A stretch of DNA of 64,000 nucleotides, from assembly GCA_964625535.1 (NCBI GenBank), contig CAZVEX010000002.1:21559-85558 (forward strand), in the 5' to 3' direction. The number at the start of each line of letters is the position of its first letter. Positions within the stretch are counted from its first letter, which is position 1. The DNA is from an uncultured Gammaproteobacteria bacterium (GTDB taxonomy: Bacteria; Patescibacteriota; Microgenomatia; Daviesbacterales; UBA10151). Below, piece by piece: positions 16,666-26,456 of the stretch. A program made the translations under genes and the position numbers. Below the pieces are notes generated by a model, which saw nothing but the letters and a program-made list of their open reading frames with translations, did no database searches and was not told where the DNA came from.

Positions 16666-17534
16666 GCTTGATTTTTAATCTTAACAGGTCCAAGAGGAAT
16701 TTTGTCCTCCGGATCGTCAATGAAAAAATAGAGTACCGGTCCTTTCCTTGGACCTGTGGCCAAACCTAAAACATCCATCACCTCGGGCGATCCGCCTAAA
16801 TGTTTGCCTGTCCACTCGGCCGGTCCCGCATCGCCAATCACTGCCACCACTGACTGTCCACTCGAAGGATTTACCACCAGCATTTTTCTAAACTTAAAAA
16901 AATCCCTGTATTTTGCCACATTTTCCGCGAAACCGGGTGACAAAAAAGTTTGAATTGCCAAATAATATTTCTCCCTCATTTTATCAACTTCGGTAAATTC
17001 CTGCTTTGAGAGAGCAAAATATCCCCAAGCCCCCAGACCCGGCGCGATACCGGCCGAACCATATTTGGCCCAATCAACCGCGCTGTCAGCGTGTTGCAAC
17101 AGGGAATCGCCCGGGTAACGGTAAAGATGCTGCTCTCCTCCAATTAAACCATAGTTTCTATTTATTCTTGTCCCTTCAATCTCCGCAGTTACCCCAAACC
17201 CGAAATCTTTGGCAAGTCTTTGTAAGATTTTTGCTTCTTCCTCCGGGTTTAAAGGTCTTATTTCTTCCGGCAAATCTTCTTGCAATTTTTTTGCCAAAGC
17301 TGCATTTTCATCAAAACCGGCTAAAATATCGTCTTTAGCATGAATCGGTGGAGTAATAGGCAAGGTTATCGGATTAGGAGACGTCAAAAGCAAAAGTCCT
17401 CCCAATCCTCCTGCTGTCAACCAGTTCAGCGACTCTTTATGTTTATCCCACAACTTATTTTGCAGGCTTCTGTGGCGCGCTGTCCACTTTTTATGCAAAT
17501 GTTCGAAGTGCGGTCTTTTTGACTTAAATTTCAT
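16662..17534 (-). CDS. RlpA-like double-psi beta-barrel domain protein, membrane-anchored
   Basis: The C-terminal block VVNPSSGQSVVAVIGDAGPAEWTGKHLGGSPEVMDVLGL resembles the RlpA/DPBB core. Has an N-terminal TM. Confidence 0.4.
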   Translation of the reverse strand: MKFKSKRPHFEHLHKKWTARHRSLQNKLWDKHKESLNWLTAGGLGGLLLLTSPNPITLPITPPIHAKDDILAGFDENAALAKKLQEDLPEEIRPLNPEEEAKILQRLAKDFGFGVTAEIEGTRINRNYGLIGGEQHLYRYPGDSLLQHADSAVDWAKYGSAGIAPGLGAWGYFALSKQEFTEVDKMREKYYLAIQTFLSPGFAENVAKYRDFFKFRKMLVVNPSSGQSVVAVIGDAGPAEWTGKHLGGSPEVMDVLGLATGPRKGPVLYFFIDDPEDKIPLGPVKIKNQA

Positions 17535-17535
17535 A

Positions 17536-18852
17536 TCACGAGTCTCGTATCACATATTTCAATATTGTTCTTGTTACCACATAAGCCGTAAACATTGAAA
17601 CCAAAACTCCAATGCTTAAGGTTACGGCAAAACCGCGAACAATGGGTATGCCCATGCCATAGAGAATTGCCGCCGTCATTAACGATGAAACATTAGATGC
17701 CCAAATCGATGTCCATGCTCTTTTAAAACCAAGCTCCATTGCTAAAGATCTTCCCTTGCCCCATCTTATTTCTTCCTTCATCCTTTCAAAAATTAAAATA
17801 TTGGCATCAACTGCCATGCCTACCGATAAAATAAATCCCGCCACCCCGGCCAGAGTCAGAGTGATGGGCGGGATCAAAAACAACCCGGTTCTAAAAATGG
17901 CCAAAACCAAAATAGTATAAATTAACAATGCCACATCTGCTACTGCGCCCAAGAGTCCATAGTATAAAACCATAAAGATCATGACCATAACTAATCCAAT
18001 TACCCCTGCTACCAAGCTTTTATTTACTGACTCTTGCCCAAGTGTCGGGCCAATGTGGCGCTCCTCCAAAATATTAATCGGTACCGGCAGCGCTCCGGCA
18101 TTGAGTTGAATAGCCAAATTTTTTGCCTCTTCCGTAGTAAACTCACCCGTTATAACTGCATTCCCGCCGATGATTTCCTGTTGGACCACGGGTGCGGAAA
18201 TGGGCAAATCATCCAAAAAAATGGCTAGGGGTTTACCTATATTTGCTTTGGTAATTTGGGCAAACTTTTGGGCACCTGCCTCATTAAATTCTATCGCGAC
18301 TTGTGGTCCTGCCTGTTTGCCGCTACCTCCAAAAGTTACCTCCGCCTTTTTTAAATCGGCTCCTGTTAAACCGGTGGGGGTAAAGGAAAAAACTGCCGGA
18401 ATACCGGAGCGGGTAGCTTCTGCAAGATCTGCGGATGGGGCTTGCCCTGAGCTTGCCGAAGGGGTGGCCGGCTCTTCCCGAAAATCGAGCTGGGCGGTTT
18501 TCCCCACCAAATTGGCGGCAGCAGAGGCATCTTTTAACCCAGGCAGTTCAACTATAATCCGTCTTTGGTCTCCCAATTTGGAAGTTTGCACCAGCGCCTC
18601 CGATACTCCGTACAAATTGACTCTTCTTTCTATAACTTCTTTTGCGGACTCCAAAGCAGCATCCCTTTGCTCCGGATCAATCTTATCCATTTGAGTCAAA
18701 AGTACCAGCTGCGTACCGCCTTGCAAATCAAGACCCAATTTTAGCGGAAAATTAGGGCCAAACGGCTTGGGAAGATTAACCTTGGGAAGATTAACGAAGA
18801 CAGCAAACAAAGTTACGGCAATAATAAACCAAAAACCAAAACGGGAGCGCAT
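17536..18852 (-). CDS. secD: protein translocase subunit SecD
   Basis: LGLDLQGGTQLVL motif, a periplasmic domain and a C-terminal six-TM bundle. Confidence 0.85.
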   Translation of the reverse strand: MRSRFGFWFIIAVTLFAVFVNLPKVNLPKPFGPNFPLKLGLDLQGGTQLVLLTQMDKIDPEQRDAALESAKEVIERRVNLYGVSEALVQTSKLGDQRRIIVELPGLKDASAAANLVGKTAQLDFREEPATPSASSGQAPSADLAEATRSGIPAVFSFTPTGLTGADLKKAEVTFGGSGKQAGPQVAIEFNEAGAQKFAQITKANIGKPLAIFLDDLPISAPVVQQEIIGGNAVITGEFTTEEAKNLAIQLNAGALPVPINILEERHIGPTLGQESVNKSLVAGVIGLVMVMIFMVLYYGLLGAVADVALLIYTILVLAIFRTGLFLIPPITLTLAGVAGFILSVGMAVDANILIFERMKEEIRWGKGRSLAMELGFKRAWTSIWASNVSSLMTAAILYGMGIPIVRGFAVTLSIGVLVSMFTAYVVTRTILKYVIRDS

Positions 18853-18855
18853 GTC

Positions 18856-19440
18856 TTAAATTATAACTCCCTCCAGCATTTCGTTTTCATCCCCTGCAAT
18901 CATCACCTTAGGTTGCATTAATACCTTCAAAATAAAGGGGTCTCTCCTTCTTACCCTGAATTTAAACTCTGCTTCATCCATAAAGGAATAGTTAATTTCC
19001 GTCTCTCTCTTAGCCTGCTCATCAGCCACCAGAGCCTGAAGTTCAGGCAAAACTATGCTTCCGACAACCAAAAGATCAACATCATCTGCGCCGGATGGAA
19101 ATCCCTGTAAAAAGCGGCTTGACAAAAAGGCAAATTTAATCCTGCCCAGTTTGGTTTTATGTTTAATAATATTCCCTCCCAAACCCGTAGTTTTGGCAAC
19201 TAATCCTAATATTTCCCTGTAAAAAATATAATCTTTCCTAAATCGATACAGCCTTCTGTTGGCCCGCCATTCGGATTGGACCATACCATATTTTTCCATT
19301 CTGGCAAGTTCGCGCCGGACCGCATTGATTTCTTCGGAAACACGTCTTACAATTTCACGAACATGCAATAATGTCTCCCTGGAGCTTAAGAAAAGTTGCA
19401 GTAATTTCACCCGGACACGGGACACAAATAATTCTTCCAT
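18856..19440 (-). CDS. hypothetical protein: N-terminal winged-HTH-like region plus nucleotidyltransferase-like GADDVDLLVVG motif
   Basis: Motif-level reading only. Confidence 0.3.
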   Translation of the reverse strand: MEELFVSRVRVKLLQLFLSSRETLLHVREIVRRVSEEINAVRRELARMEKYGMVQSEWRANRRLYRFRKDYIFYREILGLVAKTTGLGGNIIKHKTKLGRIKFAFLSSRFLQGFPSGADDVDLLVVGSIVLPELQALVADEQAKRETEINYSFMDEAEFKFRVRRRDPFILKVLMQPKVMIAGDENEMLEGVII

Positions 19441-19469
19441 TGATTCACCACCTTTCTAGGCAGTGGTTT

Positions 19470-20654
19470 TTAATAACTAACCTTTGATCCTTCCGGGACA
19501 GTCTGGATCCAAATTTGTCCTCTTAAAAATTCTATTTCTTTACCGTTTTTATCAAGGTACTTGCTTCGTGCAGTTCTGGACGGTTTAACCCATTTGCCTT
19601 CAATTACATTACCATTTTGAAAGATTAACGCTCTACCGCTGCCCGTGGTTCCATAAAGCAAGTGAACATTACCTGGGTAGCCGTCATTGGCATTTGATTC
19701 TCTCTGAAACTGAACAACGATATTTTTTGCCGCCAGCTGCTGGGAATTGTTTAAATCAAGATGGCCGCTGTCTCCGTTTTTTCTAATATATAAATTATTT
19801 TCCTGATCATAGTTCCACGCTACCTGATATCCCGGCTGACTTTCCCAAAAATTAACTTTAATAGTGGTCACCTGCCCTGCACCGTCTGGTGCGGGGTCCT
19901 TAAACTTCCAGGGGTCAAATTCGTCGTCCCATTTTATCCCTGCCGAATCTGTAGCTGTCCACCCTCTTTTTGCTCCAATTTCCCAAAGCTTGGAAGTAGT
20001 CGAATACATAGTGTGCTCCGTTGCCACCGGATGACCTAACCTTTGATAATCCCTCCAGAAAACAGGAAAGCCAATGCTAAATTGATTTAAGTCCTTAACC
20101 TCATACCTGATAATTTGCCCCAGAGCATCGGCCGGACCCGGAGTATTGGCTCCTCCCACATGGGCATAAAGGGCATCATATTCTCCCAACCAATCAAGAT
20201 AATAAGTCCTGGCAGATCTAACAGGACCTACCTGAACATCAGCCAGGTTGCAGTAAAAAATAGCCATAAATCGGGTGATGCCGCCTTCGGCTACTGCCTC
20301 GTAAACAATATTCGCGCTGGACAGCCCGCTCTGGGGGCGGGCTTCGGTGTGATTCTCAACCATGACGGCTAGGGGTCGCCGTTTTTCCCAAGATTCTTTG
20401 GCCTTTTTAGTATGCAGGCTACCGTCCAAGGGACAGCTTTCGGTCTTTGGTTCATCGGGATCCTCTTCAACTATATTGGATGGCGAAGGAAGAGAAGATA
20501 CCAGCGACCCGTTGCCCTGGGATTTAAGAATGCCGGCAAATAACGAGTAAGACAAACTGGTGGAAAAAGTGTAAAACAGCACGGAAATAACCACCAGTGT
20601 TAAGGTTTTTTGCAAATTGGTCAAACTTTCAAAAATTTCTATTATTTTGCTCAT
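19470..20654 (-). CDS. secreted/lipoprotein-like protein, DUF3048 (YerB)-like
   Basis: N-terminal TM/signal, then a Gly/Trp/Asn-rich two-domain pattern reminiscent of YerB-family proteins. Confidence 0.3.
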   Translation of the reverse strand: MSKIIEIFESLTNLQKTLTLVVISVLFYTFSTSLSYSLFAGILKSQGNGSLVSSLPSPSNIVEEDPDEPKTESCPLDGSLHTKKAKESWEKRRPLAVMVENHTEARPQSGLSSANIVYEAVAEGGITRFMAIFYCNLADVQVGPVRSARTYYLDWLGEYDALYAHVGGANTPGPADALGQIIRYEVKDLNQFSIGFPVFWRDYQRLGHPVATEHTMYSTTSKLWEIGAKRGWTATDSAGIKWDDEFDPWKFKDPAPDGAGQVTTIKVNFWESQPGYQVAWNYDQENNLYIRKNGDSGHLDLNNSQQLAAKNIVVQFQRESNANDGYPGNVHLLYGTTGSGRALIFQNGNVIEGKWVKPSRTARSKYLDKNGKEIEFLRGQIWIQTVPEGSKVSY

Positions 20655-21121
20655 TTTTTTCTCATCGCCATATCCAACGCTTCCTGCTCTTCTTCGGAAA
20701 GATTTTTCCCCGCCTTTCCCTGATCAATCGACTTGGCAAAAACTCTGGTGCCAGACCTTGAGTGCAAACTTGTTACGATTATGCCGTTTCCCTCCCAATC
20801 AAGCAAGACGGCAGAAAAACTTAAATTTCCCCCGGTATCGCCGTATGGGTTATAGCGCAAAAGAGCGACCCTTTGAACATGTAACTTACTGTCTCCCGCT
20901 AAATCAGCCAGATTCTTTGTAATCTTACCTAAATCTCCCTTAAACTCTTTAATGCAAGATAACACTTCTGCAAATTTTTTTCTGATATCTCTTTCTCCGC
21001 TCTTGGGAAAAAGAGATTTTAGAAAATTTCCCTGTTTCCAAACAAAAAAACTTAAAACCCCGAGCCAGATAAAAATTGCCGCCGCCACCAGTCCGGCGAA
21101 GACGGACCAATTCGAATACAT
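20651..21121 (-). CDS. hypothetical membrane-anchored protein
   Basis: N-terminal TM, then a soluble domain. Its stop overlaps the start of the previous gene by 4 nt. Confidence 0.3.
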   Translation of the reverse strand: MYSNWSVFAGLVAAAIFIWLGVLSFFVWKQGNFLKSLFPKSGERDIRKKFAEVLSCIKEFKGDLGKITKNLADLAGDSKLHVQRVALLRYNPYGDTGGNLSFSAVLLDWEGNGIIVTSLHSRSGTRVFAKSIDQGKAGKNLSEEEQEALDMAMRKK

Positions 21122-21403
21122 AAGTTACTCTTTTAATATAACTTGAGTAAAAAATTTTGTCAATCCTTCAACAAGTTCAGGATCAATGAAGAAGTTGATA
21201 TCTAATCTCACGAAGAACCCTCACAGAATCAAATCCTCAGGTCTCTGTTTTATTTTTCCTCTGTTTTTGGCATCTTGAGCAAGTTTGAGTTATATTGGCC
21301 ACATCCAAATAATACTTTAAAACTCCCTAAATAATCAAATAGCCCATAATTTTAGGTTCATTTGGTGCTTGACAAGCTCACTGGTGCGTGTTAGGCTCAT
21401 TCC

Positions 21404-21640
21404 ATGCCTATTCAGCGAACCTACCAGCAATCTGATATCGAAAAAAGGCTCAAGCTGCTTAATCTTCAACTGTATGGAAAACGGTTCGAGGTAGCTCCGA
21501 GGGTCAAAGAGTCATCCCCAAATGACCTACTTTACCTCAAACATGACCTAAAGAAAATCACCCTGTTGGCCACACTGGCCATTGCTGCGGAGCTAATTCT
21601 TTATTTTAGCCAATTGCCAAATAAAATAAAATTATTTTAA
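21404..21640 (+). CDS. hypothetical 78-aa protein
   Basis: Only a plus-strand ORF with a TTGACA-like promoter upstream at ~21371. Confidence 0.25.
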   Translation: MPIQRTYQQSDIEKRLKLLNLQLYGKRFEVAPRVKESSPNDLLYLKHDLKKITLLATLAIAAELILYFSQLPNKIKLF

Positions 21641-21661
21641 GAAAGGGGGTGAAATTTCTTT

Positions 21662-21799
21662 ATGCAGATGTATTGCGTTAAATGCCGCCAGAAAAGAGAT
21701 GCGGAAGATGTACAAGCGGTAACCATGAAAAATGGTAAAAAAGCCTCAAAAGGTAGATGCCCAGTTTGTGGCACTTCCATGTTTAAGATCGGCGGCTAA
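21662..21799 (+). CDS. 45-aa zinc-ribbon protein (CVKC ... CPVC)
   Basis: MQMYCVKCRQKRDAEDVQAVTMKNGKKASKGRCPVCGTSMFKIGG. The SD AAGGGGGTG precedes the ATG. It is not in the ORF track (<60 aa). Confidence 0.5.
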   Translation: MQMYCVKCRQKRDAEDVQAVTMKNGKKASKGRCPVCGTSMFKIGG

Positions 21800-21816
21800 T
21801 GTGGTAAAATATACTG

Positions 21817-22172
21817 GCCTAGGAAGAAGGATGATTAGTCCGACGGAATGTCGGACAGGAAAGTCCAGACAGCAAAGAGCAGGGTGGTCCGTGTAAGCGG
21901 ACGGTCGCAAGACCCAGTTAGAGCAACAGTGACGATTCGGGTGGCGCCGAGTGAAACGACCAAGCTACCGGGTATTTGTTTCGTAGAGCCGTAAGGGGTT
22001 TATCCTGAAGAATTGAAGGGTTTACCCTGAGCGAGTAAACGAGTCGAAGGGCAATCCTCCCCGCTGCAATCCTAGATATGACTTGGGCTGCTCGCCCAAA
22101 AGTCTAAGTAAGGAGCATTAGATAAATTATCATCTCGCAACAGAATCTGGCTTACTAGCTTCCTAGGCACCA
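21817..22172 (+). ncRNA. rnpB: RNase P RNA, bacterial type A-like
   Basis: P1 pairs GCCTAGGAAG (21817-21826) with CTTCCTAGGC (22159-22168). The conserved GGAAAGTCCAGAC...AGCAGGGTGG block and ACAGAATCTGGCTTAC near the 3' end are present. Confidence 0.8.
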
Positions 22173-23149
22173 ATTTTTCTTCCTCTTATTGCTTCCGTGG
22201 CTATAATTTGTAAAACCACTGCCAGAGGTACTGCCAGAAGCGCTCCGGCAAATCCTAAAAGCCTTGAACCTACGGCAATTGCCAAAATTACCACCAGAGG
22301 ATTTAAACCCACTGCCCGTTTCATCACCTGCGGAACTATCAAATGATTTTCCATCTGCTGTATGACAAAAAACATGGCCGCCACTCCCAATGCTAAAACA
22401 GGTGAGATAGTCAGGGCAATAAAAATTGCCGGAATGGCCGAGACAATCGGCCCGATCACCGGCACCACTTCCAGCACTCCGGCCACCAGAGCCAGTGGCA
22501 AAGCGTAGGGGATACCTAAAATCAATAAACCCAAATAAACCAGCAAACCGATAATGACGCTTAAAAAAAGTTGTCCTCTTAACCACGATCCCAGTTTTTC
22601 TTCAATGGCCACAATCGATTTTTTAACTCTCTCCTCTTTACCAAGAAACAAAGAGGCGATGCGAGCTTCCAGATTTTCCCGTTCCAGTAAAAGATAAAAG
22701 GTCAAAACCAGCAAAAATATCAGTGTTAATACATTGTCAAAGATAGATAAAGTGATGGAAAAAATGTTTTTGGAAAAAGCAGAGAGTTCCTGCTGGAACA
22801 GCGATTTGTCAATGTCGGCAATGTTAAAAAATTGCGAAGCAACCGAGGGTAAGGTTACTATCAAGTGGGTAGTTTCCTCAACCAGCGGCTGCAGTATCAG
22901 CGTTAAGACCGAGGCAATAATGGCTATTATTATAATGTATGTTACGGCAATACTTAAAGCCTTCGGGATTTTAATTTTGACAAAGAAATTTACCAAAGGC
23001 GAGAGCGCAGACATTAAAATCGTGGCCACAAAAAGAATTATTAAAAGATCGCGAATCAGGTAAATTATCAAAACCACAAGTATCAGCGCGGCTATAAAAA
23101 GGATTGTTTTGCGGGAGATGTCAATTTTTTGTACCATGAGCTCGATCAT
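22163..23149 (-). CDS. AI-2E family (UPF0118/PerM-like) transporter
   Basis: Eight-TM pattern with an N-terminal TM pair and C-terminal GxxxG-rich helices. Its 3' end abuts or overlaps the rnpB 3' end. Confidence 0.65.
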   Translation of the reverse strand: MIELMVQKIDISRKTILFIAALILVVLIIYLIRDLLIILFVATILMSALSPLVNFFVKIKIPKALSIAVTYIIIIAIIASVLTLILQPLVEETTHLIVTLPSVASQFFNIADIDKSLFQQELSAFSKNIFSITLSIFDNVLTLIFLLVLTFYLLLERENLEARIASLFLGKEERVKKSIVAIEEKLGSWLRGQLFLSVIIGLLVYLGLLILGIPYALPLALVAGVLEVVPVIGPIVSAIPAIFIALTISPVLALGVAAMFFVIQQMENHLIVPQVMKRAVGLNPLVVILAIAVGSRLLGFAGALLAVPLAVVLQIIATEAIRGRKIGA

Positions 23150-24116
23150 ACCATTTAACTGCTAATTTTTCCACATTGGCAGGAAATTCTTTCTTGCTAA
23201 TATCAAACCAACGCACGTTTAGTTCTTTTTTAAACCAGGTCAGCTGGCGTCTCATTAAGCCATGAATTTTCCCCTGCATAATTTTAATTAGTTCGTTGAT
23301 ATCTTTAATATTCCCTTCAAGATAATCAGCCAACGCCCCATATTCCAATCCCAGCTCTCTCATTCTTGTTAAACTTAAACCTTTCCTATGCACTTTTTTT
23401 GCCTCCGCCACTATACCTTGTTTAATTCTTGCTAAAACTTTTTTCTCAGCCCTTTTGTATAAAATATGTCGTGGGGCACTCAAGCCAATTTTTAATATAT
23501 TAAACCTTTGAGCTATACCAACATATTTTTCCTTCGTATTCATGTATGGATACATGGATAAAAGTTCAATATGACGAGACAGACGTCTTGGATTTTGTCT
23601 GTCGGATTGATTTAGATCCTGCCACCTCTCCGGGGAAAGCTCTTTTAATTTATCTTGTAACTGCTCCAGAGAGAGTTTCTCCAAATTCTTTCTTAAATTT
23701 TTATCAGTGGGAACTATCAAATTAGGTAATCCCTCAAGCAAAGCTTTAAGATACAATCCTGTCCCTCCCACCACAATTGGCAACTTTCCCCTGCTCCTAA
23801 CATCCTCAATTACTCTACCTGCATCTTTGACATAATCTACCACTGTATACTGTTTCTTTGGATCTACCACATCATACATCCAGATATTAATTCCATTAAT
23901 TATCCACTGTCCATTTTCTTTTTTAATTTTCAATTTTAAATTTTCAATTTTAAATTTATCCGGTGCTTTCCCGGTTCCAATATCTAAACCCTTGTAAACT
24001 TGTCTGGAATCACAAGAAATCAGTTCACCCTGAAACTTGCGTGCAAGTTGAAGTGCCAAATCAGTTTTACCAGTAGAAGTAGGTCCTAAAATAGCTAAAA
24101 TTTTGGTATTTTCCAT
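23121..24116 (-). CDS. miaA: tRNA dimethylallyltransferase
   Basis: P-loop ILGPTSTGKTDLALQLA, DSRQVYKGLDIGT and VVGGTGLY motifs. Confidence 0.85.
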   Translation of the reverse strand: MENTKILAILGPTSTGKTDLALQLARKFQGELISCDSRQVYKGLDIGTGKAPDKFKIENLKLKIKKENGQWIINGINIWMYDVVDPKKQYTVVDYVKDAGRVIEDVRSRGKLPIVVGGTGLYLKALLEGLPNLIVPTDKNLRKNLEKLSLEQLQDKLKELSPERWQDLNQSDRQNPRRLSRHIELLSMYPYMNTKEKYVGIAQRFNILKIGLSAPRHILYKRAEKKVLARIKQGIVAEAKKVHRKGLSLTRMRELGLEYGALADYLEGNIKDINELIKIMQGKIHGLMRRQLTWFKKELNVRWFDISKKEFPANVEKLAVKWYDRAHGTKN

Positions 24117-25294
24117 AAATTAAGAAAACTAATCATAATTACTCCCCATAAATTAATTAAAATGCTGAAAATGATTAATAACTTGGAGTATAGATTGAAT
24201 CTATTTTTTAATCCGCTAGCTGTTAAAATTAATAAGTAAGGCAAAAAATCTAAACTATAGCGAAAACCAAATTGAGTGAATCCATTGCCACCTTTCATTA
24301 AAATGGGAAATAATATCATCAAAACTGTTATTAATGACGAGTATATTAATCTTTTTTTAAATGAGGCAAATAGAATCAAAAAGAATGCCGGGGTAACTAT
24401 GTATAAAGCCATAGCATACAAGGAAGGAACAATAAAGGGAGGATGAGTAGTAAAAACTGGGAATGAAAAAAGGATATCTTTAATTCTCTCGGGAATATAT
24501 TGGATGCTGAAAAAACCATGAGAAAACACTGATTGTTTGATAGCTAATGAATTTGAGCTTAAATATAAAGAGTATGCATAATCATCAAATTTACCAAAAC
24601 GAAAAAAGTTATAAAAGCCGTTAAAAATAAGTGCAGGCATTAATCCTAGAAATAAGAAGCAAAAATTTCTGATATGAACTTGATTTATGCTCTTTCCGGT
24701 TAAAAATCTCTCTTTCAAAAAAATTAAGGCAAAGATAATCGCCAATACAGTTGGTAAACGGGCAAGATAGGCACCTCCAATAAAGAGTCCTATTAGAAAT
24801 AGTCTTTGTTTAGTTACTATTTCCAGAAGAGCAAGCCATAAGAAAAATAAAGCCACAATGTGGGCAACATACCAGGAAGAACCTACCTCGGCATGATACC
24901 ACTGAATTGTGCCAAAAGCATATAAAATACTTATCCATAAAGCGAGCCTGTCGTTTTTGAAAAGCTTTACCAAAACTATGTAGGATATGGAAACATTCGC
25001 TGCACCCAGCAATATTGATAGTATCGGCTGATAAAAGTTGGTTCCAAATATAGCCACAAAGGGCATCAATAAGATTGCAGGCATTGGTGGATATACCACA
25101 AAATAATGACCACCCCAGGAAACTAATTCCGTTAGGATATTTGGGATATATAAACGGCCGTGCAAAAAGGCATCTGCGAGATAGACAAAATGATTCCACT
25201 GCGCTCCTTCACCTCGATTGGAAATTGAGTATACTAATAATGTGAAAATAAATAATACTAAAGCCATATATTTAATTTTAATACTTGGTGTCAT
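24095..25294 (-). CDS. polytopic membrane protein, GT-C fold glycosyltransferase-like (ArnT/PMT superfamily)
   Basis: About 11 TM helices and an N-terminal extracytoplasmic-loop acidic motif (YLADAF). Confidence 0.4.
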   Translation of the reverse strand: MTPSIKIKYMALVLFIFTLLVYSISNRGEGAQWNHFVYLADAFLHGRLYIPNILTELVSWGGHYFVVYPPMPAILLMPFVAIFGTNFYQPILSILLGAANVSISYIVLVKLFKNDRLALWISILYAFGTIQWYHAEVGSSWYVAHIVALFFLWLALLEIVTKQRLFLIGLFIGGAYLARLPTVLAIIFALIFLKERFLTGKSINQVHIRNFCFLFLGLMPALIFNGFYNFFRFGKFDDYAYSLYLSSNSLAIKQSVFSHGFFSIQYIPERIKDILFSFPVFTTHPPFIVPSLYAMALYIVTPAFFLILFASFKKRLIYSSLITVLMILFPILMKGGNGFTQFGFRYSLDFLPYLLILTASGLKNRFNLYSKLLIIFSILINLWGVIMISFLNLWKIPKF

Positions 25295-26456
25295 TATAAG
25301 ACTATTATTATCTTTTCTTCCAGCTTTTGAATCCGATCAAAATGCTTTCAGGTTTTGGACCGACAGATTAGCAGGGGTAGGTCCTAGTAATTTTTATTCT
25401 TCTTTCATATTCACCAATAATCCTCTTGGAATGTTATATTTCTTCTGGTTAATCGGTTTCCTCAAAAGCACGCTTCTTTCAAGCATTATTATTCCACCCA
25501 ATATTGATCTGTTTTTGAAACTTGCCGCCAATGCCTCTGATTTGGCAACAGGATTTTTAATATATAAAATAATAAAAGAAAAATTGAGTGCCAAGGCAGG
25601 GAACATAGCTGCTTCTCTGTATATTTTTAATCCTGGCCTTACCTTTAATTCTGCGGTTTGGGGTCAATACGACAGTGTGGCAATTTTATTTTTAGTGTTA
25701 AGTATTTATTATTGTCTTATTAAGAAAAATCCGGTTATCTGTTCAATATTTTTCTCTCTTGCCTGGATTACCAAACCTCAATCGCTGGAACTGGCACCGT
25801 TCTTACTTTTCTTTTTTTTAAAAAACTTTAAACCGATTCAATGGATATATTCTTTTTTTTCATTTGTAATAACTGCAATTATAGTATTTTTCCCTTTTTT
25901 TCCAAATAATCCTCTTTACGGAATATACTCTGTCAATATAGGGTCAACCAGTTTATTCAGCTGCACTACATGCAATGCCTTAAATTTTTGGGGAATTTTT
26001 GGTAACTGGAAGAACGATATGAATTTATTTCTAAATCTTCCCCTGCTTACCTGGGGTTTTATTTTATTATCAGTATTTTTAATTATAGTTTTTAGCCTTA
26101 AAAAACTTAAAGGAGATATCTCATATTTTACAATCTCTATATCAATGCTGGCATTTTTTATGCTACTTACCAGAATGCACGAAAGATATCTTGCATATTT
26201 CTTCCCTTTTATCCTACTTTCGGCTATCCTTTTAAAATCTAGAATTTTAACAGGCTTTTACGCATTTTTTTCTCTGGTTTTTTTGTTAAATCTTTATTTA
26301 CCCTATGCTTATTACAATAATCTTGCTAAAATTACAAATTTGCCTGTAAATATGTTAATGAATTTTTTCGGTTATTTCTCGTTTGTATCATTTTTTGGAT
26401 TTATACTATTATACTTATATTATCTTGGCTATGTTAAAAAGAATACTGTCACTTAA
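25218..26456 (+). CDS. polytopic membrane protein, GT-C fold glycosyltransferase-like
   Basis: Many TM helices. Its 5' end overlaps the divergent upstream gene, so the true start is probably internal. Confidence 0.35.
   Translation: MEIEYTNNVKINNTKAIYLILILGVIIRLLLSFLPAFESDQNAFRFWTDRLAGVGPSNFYSSFIFTNNPLGMLYFFWLIGFLKSTLLSSIIIPPNIDLFLKLAANASDLATGFLIYKIIKEKLSAKAGNIAASLYIFNPGLTFNSAVWGQYDSVAILFLVLSIYYCLIKKNPVICSIFFSLAWITKPQSLELAPFLLFFFLKNFKPIQWIYSFFSFVITAIIVFFPFFPNNPLYGIYSVNIGSTSLFSCTTCNALNFWGIFGNWKNDMNLFLNLPLLTWGFILLSVFLIIVFSLKKLKGDISYFTISISMLAFFMLLTRMHERYLAYFFPFILLSAILLKSRILTGFYAFFSLVFLLNLYLPYAYYNNLAKITNLPVNMLMNFFGYFSFVSFFGFILLYLYYLGYVKKNTVT

Noticed and set aside
22155-22586. 143-aa ORF overlapping the AI-2E transporter gene in another frame
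   Set aside because: It is a Gly/Ser/Arg-rich low-complexity translation of the opposite reading frame of a clear membrane-protein gene, so it is a spurious ORF.
23926-23958. Short tandem repeats (AATTTTCAATTTTAA x2; similar at 44343-44362 and 50945-50975; TTGAGTT x4 at 5681-5708) as possible CRISPR/satellite
   Set aside because: They all lie inside coding regions and encode Lys/Leu-rich periodic peptide stretches (e.g. LKLKIKK). They have no spacer architecture and no cas genes, so they are codon-level low complexity.
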